Positions 9,137 through 18,663 of a DNA stretch of 57,822 nt are shown here, piece after piece. Origin of the DNA: Bdellovibrionales bacterium. GTDB taxonomy: Bacteria > Bdellovibrionota > Bdellovibrionia > Bdellovibrionales > UBA1609. Where the stretch lies: assembly GCA_013216195.1 (NCBI GenBank), contig JABSOQ010000006.1:1-57822 (forward strand), given 5' to 3'. A program made the position numbers and the translations under genes. The notes below the pieces were generated by a model. It was given only the letters and a program-made list of their open reading frames with translations. It was not told the DNA's origin and searched no databases. The first letter of the stretch is position 1; each line of letters opens with the position of its first letter.

Positions 9137-9776
9137 GGTCACAGGGTTGATCAAGAGTTACGGCGATTTTCGTCTTGAGATTGCCGAGATGACTCTCTCT
9201 GACTCAGGTGTCACGTGCTTGATTGGCCCTTCTGGTTCGGGCAAAAGCAGTGTTTTCAGGTTGCTGTCAGGAGTAGAACCTTGCCCCGGGTTGAGTTGGC
9301 ATTTCAAAGGTAGAGATTTGGCAGCACTTCCTGTTCGGCAGCGTAAGCTTGGAGTGGTCTTTCAAAGTTTTGAGATCTTCCCGCATATGACAGCAGAGCA
9401 GAATATTCGGTTCGCTGCAACTGTACGTGGTTTGCAGGCCGACAAGGCAGAGCAGCACATTGCTGAGCTCAAGAGCGCCTTAGATCTTGATCCGTGTTGG
9501 CAGACTCGGGGCGCCGAGCTATCAGGTGGGGAGCAGCAGCGAGTGGCCATCGCGAGAGCTCTTGTTGGTGAGCCCGAATTCTTACTTCTAGACGAGCCTT
9601 TTTCGAGCCTTGATATACCTTTGAGGCAAAAGGCAAGACAGGTACTCTCGAGCCTGATGAAGAAAAGGGGTATACCGGCACTGTTGGTGACCCATGACCC
9701 ACAAGATGTTGAAGCTTTAGCAGATCATCAACTATTCATTGGTGAGGGCCGATTGTTGCCCACACCTCAAAACTAG
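9129..9776 (+). CDS. thiQ: ABC transporter ATP-binding protein (ThiQ-like)
   Basis: Walker A GPSGSGKS, LSGGEQQR, LLLDEPFSSLD, VTHD; ATG at 9129 with AGGAG RBS. Confidence 0.82.
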   Translation: MSRVTGLIKSYGDFRLEIAEMTLSDSGVTCLIGPSGSGKSSVFRLLSGVEPCPGLSWHFKGRDLAALPVRQRKLGVVFQSFEIFPHMTAEQNIRFAATVRGLQADKAEQHIAELKSALDLDPCWQTRGAELSGGEQQRVAIARALVGEPEFLLLDEPFSSLDIPLRQKARQVLSSLMKKRGIPALLVTHDPQDVEALADHQLFIGEGRLLPTPQN

Positions 9777-9798
9777 CCCGTCTGTCGTAATCGAGTTT

Positions 9799-11142
9799 TT
9801 AAGATTTGTCTTTATTCGACTCACCAATGTTGGCTTCGAGGAGAAATCGAAGCTGTAGGTCTTCTTGGCCCAACTCATATATGGTTTCATCGTCGTTATT
9901 CTTCAAACTCGGATCTGCACCCTTTGTTAACAGCTGTTGAACGACATTGTAGCACTTTGCTCTGACAGCTAAGTGCAATGCCGAGTTGCCGCTTCGATCT
10001 TGCTTGTCGATCTCTACCGACTTTTCAATCAAAAGCTGTGTATGAAAAGGGCGACATTTCTTTGCAGCCACGTGCAGGTAACTCATACCACTCTTTTCTA
10101 AAGTGGCCTCCGGGTCGAACTTACCAAGTGCGATGAGTCGTTTCGAAATATCAGTATTCTCAGATTTCATGCTATAGAAAAACGCATCTGCACCGTTCTT
10201 CGGAGCGCCAAAATCTTTGAAGCCTGTGTTGATAAGCTTGTTAAAGAGTTCAAGATCGCCCGATCTCGCTGCAGCAATAAGAGGCGTGGTACCGAGCTTG
10301 CCCTGTTTGTCATATTGAATGTCTTGAGACAGTTTCGCTATGGTCTCATGCTCTTGTCGCACGATAGCGGCTGAAAGAGCATTGTCTCGAAAGGTCTCGG
10401 GTATCAACGACTTTTTCATGATTGAAACTGCCGCAAGGTCGACAAAGATAAGAATAGTCGCGGCAACAGCCAGTTGAACATAAGTTGTGGAATGGGCCCA
10501 GCTCTTGGTTCTTTTTGAAGACCATTCTTTCGCGACAATGATGGCCATTACAAAAGTGAGTGAAAGCCCGGCCAGCCATGGGCTCAGGTTTGAGAGTATT
10601 TGGTTTTCAATCTCAATTTCGGTGAGGATTCCTATAAAAAAGAAAATGGCGAGTCCGATAATGGGCAGGGTTAGTGCCGAAACGATTCCGATAGCGAGCT
10701 GGCGAATTGTAGAGAGTGCTTTTTTGCTCGCTTTGCGAGTGTTGATCTCGTGTAGAAAAGTGGCCAGGCTTAAAAACACAAAAGCGAACAATGAGGCTGC
10801 AATGGTGAAGCTTCTTGAGGTTTCAGGGGCGAGCCAGGCTGACAGTTCAATACTTAGCGGAAGGCCAACAATTAAGTTGTAGGTAGTCACGCCAAGCACC
10901 AGCCGCTGCCTTGATTCGGGCATAAGCTGCAGCTCGCTCAAGCCAAACAAGGCCCTTTTGTTTGACACGTAATTGGTGATTTTCGAGCAAAAATATATGA
11001 CAGCAACGAACTTCATGCCAAGCAAAACAAGCTGCCAGCCGGCGAGCCCCTCAGTTGAAATGAGTAAGTTCGACAAGGTCGCAATATAAAGAGTGATGAG
11101 AGTCAAACGGTGAAATCTGAGTAGGTTCACTAAGGCAGTCAT
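9799..11142 (-). CDS. ABC-2-type permease-like membrane protein fused to C-terminal ankyrin repeats
   Basis: About 7 TM segments with an LMPESR..L loop, then ankyrin repeats (GTTPLIAAARSG, GMSYLHVAA, GNSALHLAV..GADPSLKN); coupled to the ATPase gene (TGATG). Confidence 0.75.
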   Translation of the reverse strand: MTALVNLLRFHRLTLITLYIATLSNLLISTEGLAGWQLVLLGMKFVAVIYFCSKITNYVSNKRALFGLSELQLMPESRQRLVLGVTTYNLIVGLPLSIELSAWLAPETSRSFTIAASLFAFVFLSLATFLHEINTRKASKKALSTIRQLAIGIVSALTLPIIGLAIFFFIGILTEIEIENQILSNLSPWLAGLSLTFVMAIIVAKEWSSKRTKSWAHSTTYVQLAVAATILIFVDLAAVSIMKKSLIPETFRDNALSAAIVRQEHETIAKLSQDIQYDKQGKLGTTPLIAAARSGDLELFNKLINTGFKDFGAPKNGADAFFYSMKSENTDISKRLIALGKFDPEATLEKSGMSYLHVAAKKCRPFHTQLLIEKSVEIDKQDRSGNSALHLAVRAKCYNVVQQLLTKGADPSLKNNDDETIYELGQEDLQLRFLLEANIGESNKDKS

Positions 11143-11825
11143 CAGATTACCTCCTTGGCTATAAACAACGACTCAAGGCCTAACGAAGAGCTCTTGATAT
11201 GGCTCGTTTCGTTTTCAATAAAAAGAACTTGATCAGCCAAGCCCTCTAGGTCCTCAATGAGGTTGGTAGCCAAGATCACACCAGCTTCGTCGAGAGCGGC
11301 AAGCCCTTTCACCTCTTGATAGAATGCTCTTCTCATTTTTATGTCGAGAACAGCCGAAATTTCATCAAATATATAGAGGCTGCATTTTCGCAGTAGCACC
11401 GAAATTATCAAGGCCGCTGCCTGCTTGCCGGTTGAAAGACTTGAGAGCTGGTCTTCACCATTCAAATCAAACTTCTCTAAGAGTCTAGGCTTCTCATCAT
11501 AATTTAGTTGACCGTAGATTCCCGATTGAAGGTCAATATATTGATTCACTGTGCACATAGTGTTCGGAACAATATCTAAATTGCAGACAGCAATATTCTG
11601 TAAGATCTCGCGATGAATAAAAGGATCTCTGTCAAGAACGGCAATTGAGCCTTGGTCGGCTTTGAGTTCACCAGTAACAAGTTTGAGTAGTGACGATTTG
11701 CCTGTGCCATTTCGGCCGAGTACGCCAAGAATTTCTCCTGGTTGCAATTCAAAAGTCACACTATTTAATGTTGGAGCCATGTCTGGATAAGAAAACCGCA
11801 GCTCACGGATATCAATCAGTCCCAT
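11142..11825 (-). CDS. ABC transporter ATP-binding protein (ABC-2/export type)
   Basis: GRNGTGKS, LSTG, YIFDE; the switch His appears as Asn (LATN). Confidence 0.85.
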   Translation of the reverse strand: MGLIDIRELRFSYPDMAPTLNSVTFELQPGEILGVLGRNGTGKSSLLKLVTGELKADQGSIAVLDRDPFIHREILQNIAVCNLDIVPNTMCTVNQYIDLQSGIYGQLNYDEKPRLLEKFDLNGEDQLSSLSTGKQAAALIISVLLRKCSLYIFDEISAVLDIKMRRAFYQEVKGLAALDEAGVILATNLIEDLEGLADQVLFIENETSHIKSSSLGLESLFIAKEVI

Positions 11826-12007
11826 TATTTTCCCCCGGTCTATGTCTCATAATTTAACATGCTTGTCTCAGTTTGTAGAAAGGCTTGAGTGCGGGTGTTT
11901 CAAAATGAGATTGGCTCATTTGAGCAACTTTAAACTCTGTGCAAGTTTACAGTCGTCAAATTGATTTTCATCGCAATCGTCTCAGATCTGAATGATTGGC
12001 AGAGGAG

Positions 12008-12024
12008 TTGGTGTCTCATTTGCA
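12008..12024 (+). promoter_or_regulatory. Putative sigma54 promoter
   Basis: TTGGTGTCTCATTTGCA (GG-N10-GC) about 55 nt upstream of ATG 12078; TGTCTCA/TGTTTCA half-sites at 11843, 11864 and 11896. Confidence 0.5.
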
Positions 12025-12077
12025 GAAAGATCCAGGCAGTTGGGATTTATTGACAGTATGGTAAACAGGGGGAAGAG

Positions 12078-13064
12078 ATGTTATCCATCAAGGGAAATCT
12101 ATTACTATTGTCATGTTTAATTGCAACACCAGTCACTGCGTTGGCTGATGATGCCAAAATCCCTGAGCTTATGGCACGAATTGCTAAGCTTGAAGCCAAA
12201 CTCCAAAAAGTTACAGTCGATCAAAACAACATCTATATCGATGGTGCGAACTTGCACATTCGAAACGGTTCACGTTCGACAACTCGTGCGAATTCGACAG
12301 GTAACTTGGTTATTGGCTACAACTCGAATTCAAATGAAGCTACAGGGTCACATAGTATTGTAATGGGTGATAGAAACGACTTTTCAGGTTCGAACAACTT
12401 GATTCTTGGCTCATGGAACAAAGTAAGAGGAAACAGCGGAGTGATCGTCGGTCAAAGGCATGAGTACGAAGCCAAGGCTCGCATGGGAGTGATCATGGGA
12501 GGAACCTGGAACAAGCTTAGAGGCGGATACACTCCAGTTATTGTAGGTGGTAGTTGGAACCAAAACTATGACAACGCGGCCTACTCTACAATTCTTGGTG
12601 GCTCTCACAATAAAAACTACGGAAACGCAAGAAATGGCACAATTGTCGGTGGTTCTCATAACAAGAACTATGGCAACTCAAGTTCAGGTGTCGTAGTTGG
12701 TGGTTTTCATAGTTACAACAAAGATAGAGCTAGTGGTGGTGTTGTAATCGGAGCCGATCACGGCCGTAACGAAGGCAATGCGAGAATGGGTGTAGCGATT
12801 GGTGGTCACCATATCAGAAACCAAGAAGACAGCAGAAATGGTGTTGTTATTGGTGGTGTTCATGTGCGTAACGAAGATAAGACAACATACGGCTTGATTC
12901 TTGGTGGTACTCACACGCGTAACGTTGAGAGCACAAGAAGTTCCATCTTGATTGGTGGTCAACACAACCAAAACTCTCGCGAGGCTTCAGAGCCTATCAC
13001 TATGGGTGGGCGTTTCGAGCGAAACACTCAAAAAGGTATGACTATTGTAGAAGACACAAACTAA
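12078..13064 (+). CDS. Secreted beta-solenoid (beta-roll) protein with N-terminal coiled coil; putative trimeric fibre/adhesin
   Basis: Signal peptide (..ALA-DD), heptad segment LMARIAKLEAKLQ, GANLHIRNG..GNLVIGYN neck, then Gly-Gly repeats. Confidence 0.72.
   Translation: MLSIKGNLLLLSCLIATPVTALADDAKIPELMARIAKLEAKLQKVTVDQNNIYIDGANLHIRNGSRSTTRANSTGNLVIGYNSNSNEATGSHSIVMGDRNDFSGSNNLILGSWNKVRGNSGVIVGQRHEYEAKARMGVIMGGTWNKLRGGYTPVIVGGSWNQNYDNAAYSTILGGSHNKNYGNARNGTIVGGSHNKNYGNSSSGVVVGGFHSYNKDRASGGVVIGADHGRNEGNARMGVAIGGHHIRNQEDSRNGVVIGGVHVRNEDKTTYGLILGGTHTRNVESTRSSILIGGQHNQNSREASEPITMGGRFERNTQKGMTIVEDTN
12531..13030 (+). repeat. About ten 51-nt (17-aa) coding repeats, consensus (G/S)xxxGGxHxxN
   Basis: GGSHNKNYGN recurs at 12597 and 12648 (51 nt apart), and the period continues to the C-terminus. 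Confidence 0.85.
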
Positions 13065-13132
13065 TAAGAGTTTAAGTATAGCTCTGGAGTTATCTTCAGA
13101 GCTGGTTTTGACAAAACGTTTAAATGACACAC

Positions 13133-13164
13133 GACCGGCACCGAAAGGTGTCGGTCATTTTTTT
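13133..13164 (+). terminator. Intrinsic terminator (GNRA loop)
   Basis: GACCGGCACC-GAAA-GGTGTCGGTC followed by A and T7; a second hairpin AGCTCTGGAG/CTTCAGAGCT lies at 13080-13103. Confidence 0.85.
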
Positions 13165-13197
13165 GGTAGGGATACTCTTTTTCAAGTAGCTTTTGCT

Positions 13198-14415
13198 CTA
13201 CTGACCCGTTGTTTCATGCAGCACACGAATCGAGTCGTAGATCGATTTACCAGTGAAGTAGTTGCGATTGGTAACATCTGCGTGAGGAATAATAGTCCCC
13301 TGATCTGAGCCAAGAGAAGGCAGGTAAGCTTCATCAACTATGTAATTGCCAACATGCTCCCAGTTCTTCTCACCTGAAGGCATCGAGATCGTATTGGCAG
13401 CCCAAATCTCATAGACATAAGCACCTTGCTGCAAAGACTCATAGACTTCATGTCGAAAATCATCTCTTTTCACGATGGGTGGGTTGTCAGGAGAGGGTCT
13501 GAAATCAAGCCATACCGGAGTGTTCACATCGGCCGGATCGGTCTCACCAAAGTTCGCCAAACCATGTGGAGGTCTCAAAAGCGGGTCGACGCCTAAAGTC
13601 GCAGATTCCACACCTTGCCCGTCGGCTCCTTCGACGTCTTCAAAGTCTGACTGAACAGCTCCAAAGAAAACGCCAGCAAGAGTTCCCCAGTGATAGATGC
13701 GGCCAGTTGGTGGCAGTAGTAGCCCCGGAGAGAACACAGGTTTGTTGAGCACGTTTTCTTCAAGAAAGTAATCAGCCATACCAGTCTCTGCGTTCAATTT
13801 TCCGTTGAGATCATTCTGCAGAACTAAGCTAACCAAAGGCGAAGCCTCGTGGTTCGGAACATCAGGGTCAAACAGCACCAAACCCATGGTCACAGATCGT
13901 ACTTGTGGGCTAGCGGGCTGGTTGCGTCTGATCTGTCTTGCAGTTCTTTGCTCAAACCGAAAAGGGTTGTCTTGCGAAATCGAAAAGCGCCCTAAGGTCG
14001 AAAAAGTTCCGCCTCTAAAAACACCAGAGTAGTTTTGAGAGCTGTTGCCAAAGAAGACCATTCTACCTCTAACGGGGAGGCCCATTGCGTGAATGGGTTT
14101 AGGTCTGTTGAAAGGCAAAATGACATGTCTTTCGTGCAAGATGTCTCTCGAGCGATTGCCGACATGAAATTCATAGGTTGAGAAGTCAAAGTTGACGATT
14201 TTATGAATAGGAAGGTTGTTGTAGTCATAGGGCTCAGCAATCAGAGCTCTCAATACGTCATCATAGCTGTGAATCGGTTGCAGATGATAGGGGCCAGTCT
14301 CTGTGACAGATGTCTTTGCAAGTTCAACTGGGCACTTGTTGGCAGCAGCAGGTAAAGATGCAAACACAAGAGCCGTGGCAATGCAGGCAACTGCGATTGT
14401 TTGGTATGCTTTCAT
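13198..14415 (-). CDS. Secreted catalase-like heme protein (small catalase-related family)
   Basis: Signal peptide MKAYQTIAV..PAAA with GAGGA RBS; KPIHAMG..GRMVF..YSGVF..GRFS resembles the catalase distal-His/RFS region; LQND Asn and C-terminal KSIYDSIR as possible proximal Tyr. Confidence 0.6.
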   Translation of the reverse strand: MKAYQTIAVACIATALVFASLPAAANKCPVELAKTSVTETGPYHLQPIHSYDDVLRALIAEPYDYNNLPIHKIVNFDFSTYEFHVGNRSRDILHERHVILPFNRPKPIHAMGLPVRGRMVFFGNSSQNYSGVFRGGTFSTLGRFSISQDNPFRFEQRTARQIRRNQPASPQVRSVTMGLVLFDPDVPNHEASPLVSLVLQNDLNGKLNAETGMADYFLEENVLNKPVFSPGLLLPPTGRIYHWGTLAGVFFGAVQSDFEDVEGADGQGVESATLGVDPLLRPPHGLANFGETDPADVNTPVWLDFRPSPDNPPIVKRDDFRHEVYESLQQGAYVYEIWAANTISMPSGEKNWEHVGNYIVDEAYLPSLGSDQGTIIPHADVTNRNYFTGKSIYDSIRVLHETTGQ

Positions 14416-14589
14416 TTTGGTCCTCTCTCTTAGGCCCAAGAGTACCAACTGCTCTGGTTGAACACTTGTTAAGAACATTGGCTATGAAATTTTTTACTTG
14501 TATGCCAATTTTTGCACCACGGAGAGGGTGCCTTAGAGGGGAGCTGGGGCGAAACAAGCTTCGCCCTTGTTCTCTCAACTATTGAAACT

Positions 14590-15600
14590 TTAGCTATCTA
14601 GCTGTCTTGGCCAAACTTTTTGGCGTTTCTCTTTTGAAATGAAACTAGTCTCAGCCGCATGCTGGGCGCAGGTTTCGAGTTGCTCAATGCTAAGCCCGTG
14701 GGTTTTGTGAAGTAGCTCGTACTCGTCATTCAGGTTCACATTGAAGATTCCACCATCGTCTGTGTTGATTGTTGTTTTCAATCCAAAATCAAAAAGCTTT
14801 TTAAAGGGGTGAGCCTCTTTGCTCTCGATGGCATTTGTCAGCCAGTTGCTCGTTGGGCACAATTCAAGGGGTATGCCAAGCCCTTTGACGTACTCCATCG
14901 CCTCAGCATCTCTGTGAATCTGCACTCCGTGCCCAATTCTCATTGCGCCCAGGTGTTCAATGGCCTCTTTCACATACCTCGGAGCATTCGGAACATTGGC
15001 CTCTCCGCTATGAACGGTGATGCCAAGGCCTGCCTCTTTGGCTTTTAAAAAGAAAGGAGAAAAAGGCTTTGAGTCAAAGCCGACTTCGTTGTCGGCCAGA
15101 TCAAGCCCGACGAAAGTGTCTTTGTTGTCAATGGCGAACTGGGTGACTTTTTCGGCATCTTCGACTGGCAAGATTCGTTGAATGATGCAGATGAGGCCAA
15201 CCGCCATGTCAAAATCAGTTTCAGCCCTCTTCATGCCTTTCACTATCGCTTCATGAATGCTTTGAAAAGTCAGGTTGTCATGCCCCTGTTGAACGAATGT
15301 CGGAGCATATCGAAGTTCTAGAATACGAGTATTTGTGTTTTTGAAAGCATCTTCGCAAGCTTCATAAGTGATTCTTTCAAGAATCTCTTCTGAGGCCAGA
15401 AGTTTCTGGGTATCAAGAAACTTATTGAGCACAGAGCCTAAGTCTCCCATGGGCTCTGAGATCACAAACCGGTCGTAATAGTCTTGTTCCGACTTGAGCT
15501 CGATACCGAATTGGGGTGCCAACTCTTGGATTGTCGACTTTCTCAAGACGAGTTCTAAATGTGAGTGAATTTCTGCTTTGGGGATTTCTGCTATAGTCAT
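14590..15600 (-). CDS. add: Adenosine deaminase
   Basis: PKAEIHSHLE, LELRYAP, VGLDLA, TVHSGE, RIGHG, ELCPTSN and NTDD motifs; alternative start at 15624. Confidence 0.9.
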   Translation of the reverse strand: MTIAEIPKAEIHSHLELVLRKSTIQELAPQFGIELKSEQDYYDRFVISEPMGDLGSVLNKFLDTQKLLASEEILERITYEACEDAFKNTNTRILELRYAPTFVQQGHDNLTFQSIHEAIVKGMKRAETDFDMAVGLICIIQRILPVEDAEKVTQFAIDNKDTFVGLDLADNEVGFDSKPFSPFFLKAKEAGLGITVHSGEANVPNAPRYVKEAIEHLGAMRIGHGVQIHRDAEAMEYVKGLGIPLELCPTSNWLTNAIESKEAHPFKKLFDFGLKTTINTDDGGIFNVNLNDEYELLHKTHGLSIEQLETCAQHAAETSFISKEKRQKVWPRQLDS

Positions 15601-15766
15601 GTGGGTCAGGATAAGGGGTTCCATTTCTGCAGTCTAGCCCTCGAGCGAAAATCCACGTGGAATCGACCCTTTAGTCAGGTTTAGGTACTGCCTCTAGCGA
15701 GCCTTGACCCCTCTTGGCATACGGCGTAGAACTGCAGCCAGATGACCTCAAACAAGGAGCCTTCTT

Positions 15767-17797
15767 TTGGCAAATCTCACTCCCATTGCAATAGAACCCA
15801 AGCTGGCAGGCAATCCTAAGGGTGGCCTTAAATTCTCGAAAACCGTAACTCTTGGTGGCGGCACTGGCGAATTGGAGTGTGCGGATCCACAAGCCACAAG
15901 AGCAATGGTGGCCCTTATGGACATGAACGCCGTTATGGGAGGTGCTGCCTCACATTGGGGAGGTCCTGCGGCATTTGCCGAGCTGATGTCAGCTACCCAT
16001 GCTCTTATGTTTTCTTCTGCAGAGAAAGCGGGTCAGCAGTGGTATGAGCAGTTTCACTTTGTGAACGATGCTGGTCATTGCGAAAACGGCCTTTACGCCC
16101 TGAAAGCCAACTATGGCTTTGCTGATCTCACATTAGAAAAACTAAAGGCTTTCCGAAGCATTGAGTCTGTACTGACAGGCCATGGAGAATCTCATTTGTT
16201 TCCAGAAGCAGTTTACCTGTCAAACGGCCCTCTGGGTTCAAGTTTGCCACAAGCTCAAGGCTTGGCGATGGCTGACTCTTTGAGTGGTTATGACAGAATG
16301 ACCGTCGCGGCCATTTCAGATGGAGCTTGCATGGAGGGAGAGGCGAAAGAGGCAATGGCCGCGATCGCCGGTTTGGCCTCTAAGGGCAAGCTAGCCCCAT
16401 TCGTGATGATAATTAGCGACAACAGAACAAAGTTGTCGGGCCGTATTGATGAAGATGCTTTCTCGATGGAGGGCACCTTTACAGGCCTGAAAGATTTAGG
16501 CTGGGAGGTGATGTCACTCGAAGCTGGTAACGATCTCCAAGCATGCGCAGATACACTAGGCAAGGCTTTTGAAGCGGCCAAAGCGAACCCAAAAACACCG
16601 GTGGCGATACATGCTCGCACGGTTAAGGGCTTTGGTGTTAAGAAAACAGAAGATTCAGCTTCAGGAGGTCATGGTTTTCCGTTGAAGACCCCAGCCGACC
16701 TCGAAGCCTTCTTAGGTGAAATCTACAAAGACTCAGAGGTGCCGGCTGAATTTACAGCTTGGCAAAACGAGCTTGTTGCCGCCCATGAAGAAAAGCAAAA
16801 GGCCGGCTCAGCTTCTGGTCCTGCGAAAGAGAAAGTGCAAGTCGGCGTTGCAAAAGCTTTGATTGCTAAGAAGGCAGCAGGTCTTCCGATCGTCTCTGTC
16901 TCTGCAGATTTGCAGGGCTCCACAGGAGTTGCCGCTTTTCACAAGGAGTACCCTGAAAGCTCTATCGATGTTGGTGTCGCTGAGAGCAACATGATCAGCG
17001 CTGGCGCCGGGCTCTCTAAGCAAGGTTATATTCCAATTGTTGATACCTTTTCTCAGTTTGCAGTGACCAAAGGGGCTTTGCCGTTAACCATGGCGAGCCT
17101 TTCTCAAGCTCCAATGATCGGCATTTTCTCACACGCTGGGTTTCAAGATGCGGCAGATGGAGCTTCTCACCAGGCGCTCACTTACTTCTCAAAAACGTGT
17201 TCTATACCTGAAGTTGATGTCTACTGCTTGACGACATCTGCAGAGGCCGAGGCCCTCGTGGGTCAAGCCTTAGATGAATTCGCCGAGGCTAGAAAATCTG
17301 GCAAGGTGCCGCACTCTTCGATTTTCTTTTTGGGCCGCGAGACTTTTTTGCCTTCAGTTGAAGGTGCCAGTTCTTCTCAGCTAGGCAAAGCTCAGGTTGT
17401 GCGAGATGTTGAGGGTGGCTCTGACAAAGCCGTCACCTTGGTTGCGGCCGGCCCACTAATGTTTCAAGCTTTGCAAGCTGCAGAATTAATGGCAGCTGAA
17501 GGAGTACAAGTAGCAGTGGTCAACCCATCAGTGATCAACCGACCTGATCTTGAAACGCTGTTACCGATACTCAAGAAAACAAACCACACTTTGGTGACTG
17601 TTGAAGATCATCAAGTCATGGGCGGTATGGGCTCGCTTTTGAGTCAGGCTTTGATTCAAACTGGAGAGGCTTTTAAGATCAGGTGCCTAGGTGTAAAGGG
17701 CGAGTTTGGTAGAAGCGCTTACAAGGCCGATGAACTTTACTCAGCACATGGGCTTGATGCGAATGCCATCGTGGGTGCTGCAAAAGAACTTATGTAG
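15767..17797 (+). CDS. Transketolase-family ThDP enzyme (single chain, divergent)
   Basis: DAGH, GHGE, GPLG, SDG..EG..DN ThDP motif, ARTVKGFG..HG, SADL, GVAESNM, DGASHQ, VTVEDH; TTG start with AAGGAG RBS. Confidence 0.85.
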   Translation: MANLTPIAIEPKLAGNPKGGLKFSKTVTLGGGTGELECADPQATRAMVALMDMNAVMGGAASHWGGPAAFAELMSATHALMFSSAEKAGQQWYEQFHFVNDAGHCENGLYALKANYGFADLTLEKLKAFRSIESVLTGHGESHLFPEAVYLSNGPLGSSLPQAQGLAMADSLSGYDRMTVAAISDGACMEGEAKEAMAAIAGLASKGKLAPFVMIISDNRTKLSGRIDEDAFSMEGTFTGLKDLGWEVMSLEAGNDLQACADTLGKAFEAAKANPKTPVAIHARTVKGFGVKKTEDSASGGHGFPLKTPADLEAFLGEIYKDSEVPAEFTAWQNELVAAHEEKQKAGSASGPAKEKVQVGVAKALIAKKAAGLPIVSVSADLQGSTGVAAFHKEYPESSIDVGVAESNMISAGAGLSKQGYIPIVDTFSQFAVTKGALPLTMASLSQAPMIGIFSHAGFQDAADGASHQALTYFSKTCSIPEVDVYCLTTSAEAEALVGQALDEFAEARKSGKVPHSSIFFLGRETFLPSVEGASSSQLGKAQVVRDVEGGSDKAVTLVAAGPLMFQALQAAELMAAEGVQVAVVNPSVINRPDLETLLPILKKTNHTLVTVEDHQVMGGMGSLLSQALIQTGEAFKIRCLGVKGEFGRSAYKADELYSAHGLDANAIVGAAKELM

Positions 17798-17871
17798 TAA
17801 TGGCGGTAGGCTAGCAAGACACTGAACGCTTCAATCAACAACTGAAGCAAAGCTATTGTGCAAGAGAAATG

Positions 17872-17908
17872 AAAAAGCCTCAGAAGTTTTCTGAGGCTTT
17901 TTTCTTTT
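17872..17908. terminator. Bidirectional intrinsic terminator
   Basis: AAAAAGCCTCAGAA-GTT-TTCTGAGGCTTTTT between convergent genes. Confidence 0.9.
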
Positions 17909-17930
17909 AGCTGAAAAGTGGCAAGGGCCG

Positions 17931-18407
17931 CTACTCAGCACCTTCAACAGCTTTTCCGAGTGTGTCGTTGACGAAGCTTTTTACCTCTCGGTCTACACGG
18001 TTGTAGATAATTACAGGAACCATAACGCCTTTTTGCTCAAGAATACTGTTCGCTTGGTTTGTGCCGTTTTTGACATCTTCAGCCTTCAGCTTCAACATGT
18101 TCTCTTCAACGTAAGGAATCGAAATAGAGGGCTCTGGTTGCCTGGTTGAAGTTTCAGAACAGTAGCCACGAAAGTCATACTTCACGTTGTCTGGTAATTC
18201 TTTGGTTCGATGGTAAGTGGCATCATCGAAAAAAATCTCAAAGTCGACACCATCGCATCGATACCCACCATAGTCGTAGCATGGAGGCGCAAAGCACACG
18301 GCTTTTGCATAAAACACTTCATACTGCATGGTGAAGGTTTGTGTGTTTTGCTCTGCAGTTGCTGCCCAGCCTGAAAGCATGGCAATAGTCAAAATAAGGC
18401 TCTTCAT
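17931..18407 (-). CDS. Secreted hypothetical protein
   Basis: ATG 18407 with AAGGAG RBS; signal peptide MKSLILTIAMLSGWAATA; CFAPPC motif and four Cys. Confidence 0.7.
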   Translation of the reverse strand: MKSLILTIAMLSGWAATAEQNTQTFTMQYEVFYAKAVCFAPPCYDYGGYRCDGVDFEIFFDDATYHRTKELPDNVKYDFRGYCSETSTRQPEPSISIPYVEENMLKLKAEDVKNGTNQANSILEQKGVMVPVIIYNRVDREVKSFVNDTLGKAVEGAE

Positions 18408-18663
18408 TGTCTCTCCTTTGGGTGTTTGTCTTTCTGTATTACGAGAGAAAACTATACCCCAGCCATTCAATCCCTCGATGGCTGCCAACATATGCAGAAC
18501 TGAACGGCAAAGCACTTCTTTTGCCTAAAATTGACGCATTTCTAGTTTAACCGTCAGCAAAGATGGCAAAAAAGTGAAAAAACTCTCTAAATTGAGTTGG
18601 TCAGAGAGCTAACTTTACATAGGTGAAACTGTCATATTTAGGCCAAGGTGCCTGGTTTCATAT

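Noticed and set aside
12531-13030. CRISPR array or DNA tandem repeat
   Set aside because: The 51-nt periodicity is protein-coding with synonymous divergence; there are no identical repeats with unique spacers and no cas genes.
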